Of a stretch of 64,000 nucleotides of DNA, positions 62,441-64,000 are shown in pieces. The position numbers were made by a program, and so were the translations under genes. Numbering within the stretch: the first letter of the stretch is position 1; each line of letters opens with the position of its first letter. The notes under the pieces are model-generated. The model ran no database searches and had not been told where the DNA came from. It saw nothing but the letters and a program-made list of their open reading frames with translations. Source of the DNA: Mobula hypostoma. Taxonomy: Eukaryota. Where the stretch lies: assembly GCF_963921235.1 (NCBI RefSeq), contig NC_086097.1, positions 245,274,001 to 245,338,000 on the forward strand, given 5' to 3'.

Positions 62441-62795
62441 CTAACCCTCCCCTCCTACATAATCCACTGTTTTTCTCTCGTCCATGTGCCTATGTAAGAG
62501 TCCCTAATATATCTGACTCTTCCACCATGCCAGGCAGGACATTCCACATACCCACCGCTCTCTGTGTTTATATAAAAAAAAACCTCTGATATCCCCCCTC
62601 TATACTTTCCTCCAATCACCTCAAAAATGTGCCCCCTTCTGTTTGCCATAACCACCCTGGGAAAAATCTCTGGCTACGCTCATGACCTATGCTTCTTATC
62701 ATCTTGTACACCTCTATCAAGTCTCCTCTCATCTTCCTTCACTCCAAAGAGAAAAACCCTGGCTCACTCCACCTAACCTCATAAAACATACTTGT
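62440..62795 (-). mobile_element. CR1 3' fragment
   Basis: gagacttgatagaggtgtacaagatg; RGHIFEVIGGKYRG. Confidence 0.78.
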
Positions 62796-63699
62796 AAGAA
62801 ATAGTTTTAAATTCTCACCTCTTTTCTAATAGAACTAAAGATGAAGAAATATATAAAATAGGTTGGTTGTCACCCATTTTAATGATTACCCATTCCATGT
62901 ACATGCTCTGTAGTTTTGAGCCTGGAGTTCGGGGTCTCGTCCGGAAGGTCAGTACTGAAGATCAGAGCCTGAACATCAATCAGAGATCTGGAAGTTGAGG
63001 TCCAATGGCCGAAGCCTGGAGCCTGGAGACCTGTCCTGAGGTTAAAGGACTATGCAAGTGTGCGGGTGGGTTTAAGGGAAGCACAGGGCTTGTTTTGCTG
63101 TTGTTGTTTCGTTGCTTGTTGTGTTCTGTGTTGTTCTGCTGAGCGTTGTCGAAATGCTATGTTGGTGCCAGATTGTGTGACAACACCTGAGGATTCAAGA
63201 TTGCTATTTTCTGAAGGATGAGGGAGAACACCCTTACATTGTATTGGTTACTAACACAAATGGAGCATTTTATGGTATATTTCAACGTAGATGTGATAAA
63301 TAAATGAATCTAAATCTACTACTGAAATGTGTGCAGGGCAGACATAGGGCAAGTACATGAATTGAGGAATAGCTATTATATTATTAAAATGAGTTTAAAT
63401 TTTCTGAATGAACAAGAGGAGAAACATCACAGAATTGCCAGACTACTCCAGGAACAGAATCTGAGATGCATCAAACTAGAAATGTAAGTAGATTATGCTT
63501 TCCATTTCAGTCAAACAGGAATTTCCAAACATTTCAGCAGACTATGTGTAAAATGAAAGATCAAAGTGCAATCATTCTCAGCTACCCAGATGGATCAACT
63601 TTTAATTATTTATTGAGAGACACAGTGTTGAACTTCCAGCCCAACGAGCCACATTGCCCAGCAATCCACTTATTTAACCCTGGCCTGATAGGGTCAGAG

Positions 63700-64000
63700 T
63701 CAGAGAAAAGTACAGCACAGACTCAGGTCTGTTGGCCTATTTAGTTCATACCGAACCATTTAAACTATCTGGTCCCATTCACCTGCACCTTGATCATCAT
63801 AGCCCTCCATAGCCCTCTCAACCATCTACCGATCCAAATTTCTCTTAAATATTGAAATTGACCCCGCATCCACCACTTACGCAGGCAACTCGTTCCACAC
63901 TCTCACCACCCTCTGAATGAAGACATTTCCCCTCATGTTCCCCTTGAACATTTCATCTTTCACCCTTAACCCATAACCCACCCAACCTCAGTGGAACATC
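63700..64000 (-). mobile_element. CR1 3' end, running off the window
   Basis: agggtggtgagagtgtggaacgagttgcc..aagagaaatttggatcggtagatgg. Confidence 0.78.

Noticed and set aside
1..64000. CRISPR array or prokaryotic operon
   Set aside because: No regularly spaced repeat-spacer array and no gene-dense organisation; the content is vertebrate-type transposable elements.

Overview
Eukaryotic, repeat-saturated DNA with no intact host protein-coding gene. The mix of CR1 LINEs, V-SINE-type tRNA SINEs, Rex1/Babar LINEs and Penelope elements suggests a cartilaginous fish (inference). Most of the window is nested, decayed retroelements: about 25 CR1 fragments (two near full length, with an ORF1 esterase and APE/RT ORF2, and one young copy with only two lesions), Rex1/Babar fragments, RTE-type SINEs, Tc1 and hAT MITEs, two Gypsy LTRs (one followed by a PBS and a gag start), and ERV-L-like RT and integrase relics. 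The most interesting signal is a graded series of Penelope-like (GIY-YIG) fold-back elements of about 1826, 650, 570, 210, 170 and 65 bp. Most carry minimal hammerhead-ribozyme motifs (CUGAnGA...GAAACGUC) or remnants of them, an asymmetric ~40-nt tail and, in several cases, 10-15 bp target duplications. In two different families a short direct-orientation segment sits at the inversion junction. There is also one candidate host exon (minus strand, 3221-3363). Boundaries were read by eye and are approximate unless a TSD or TIR is quoted.
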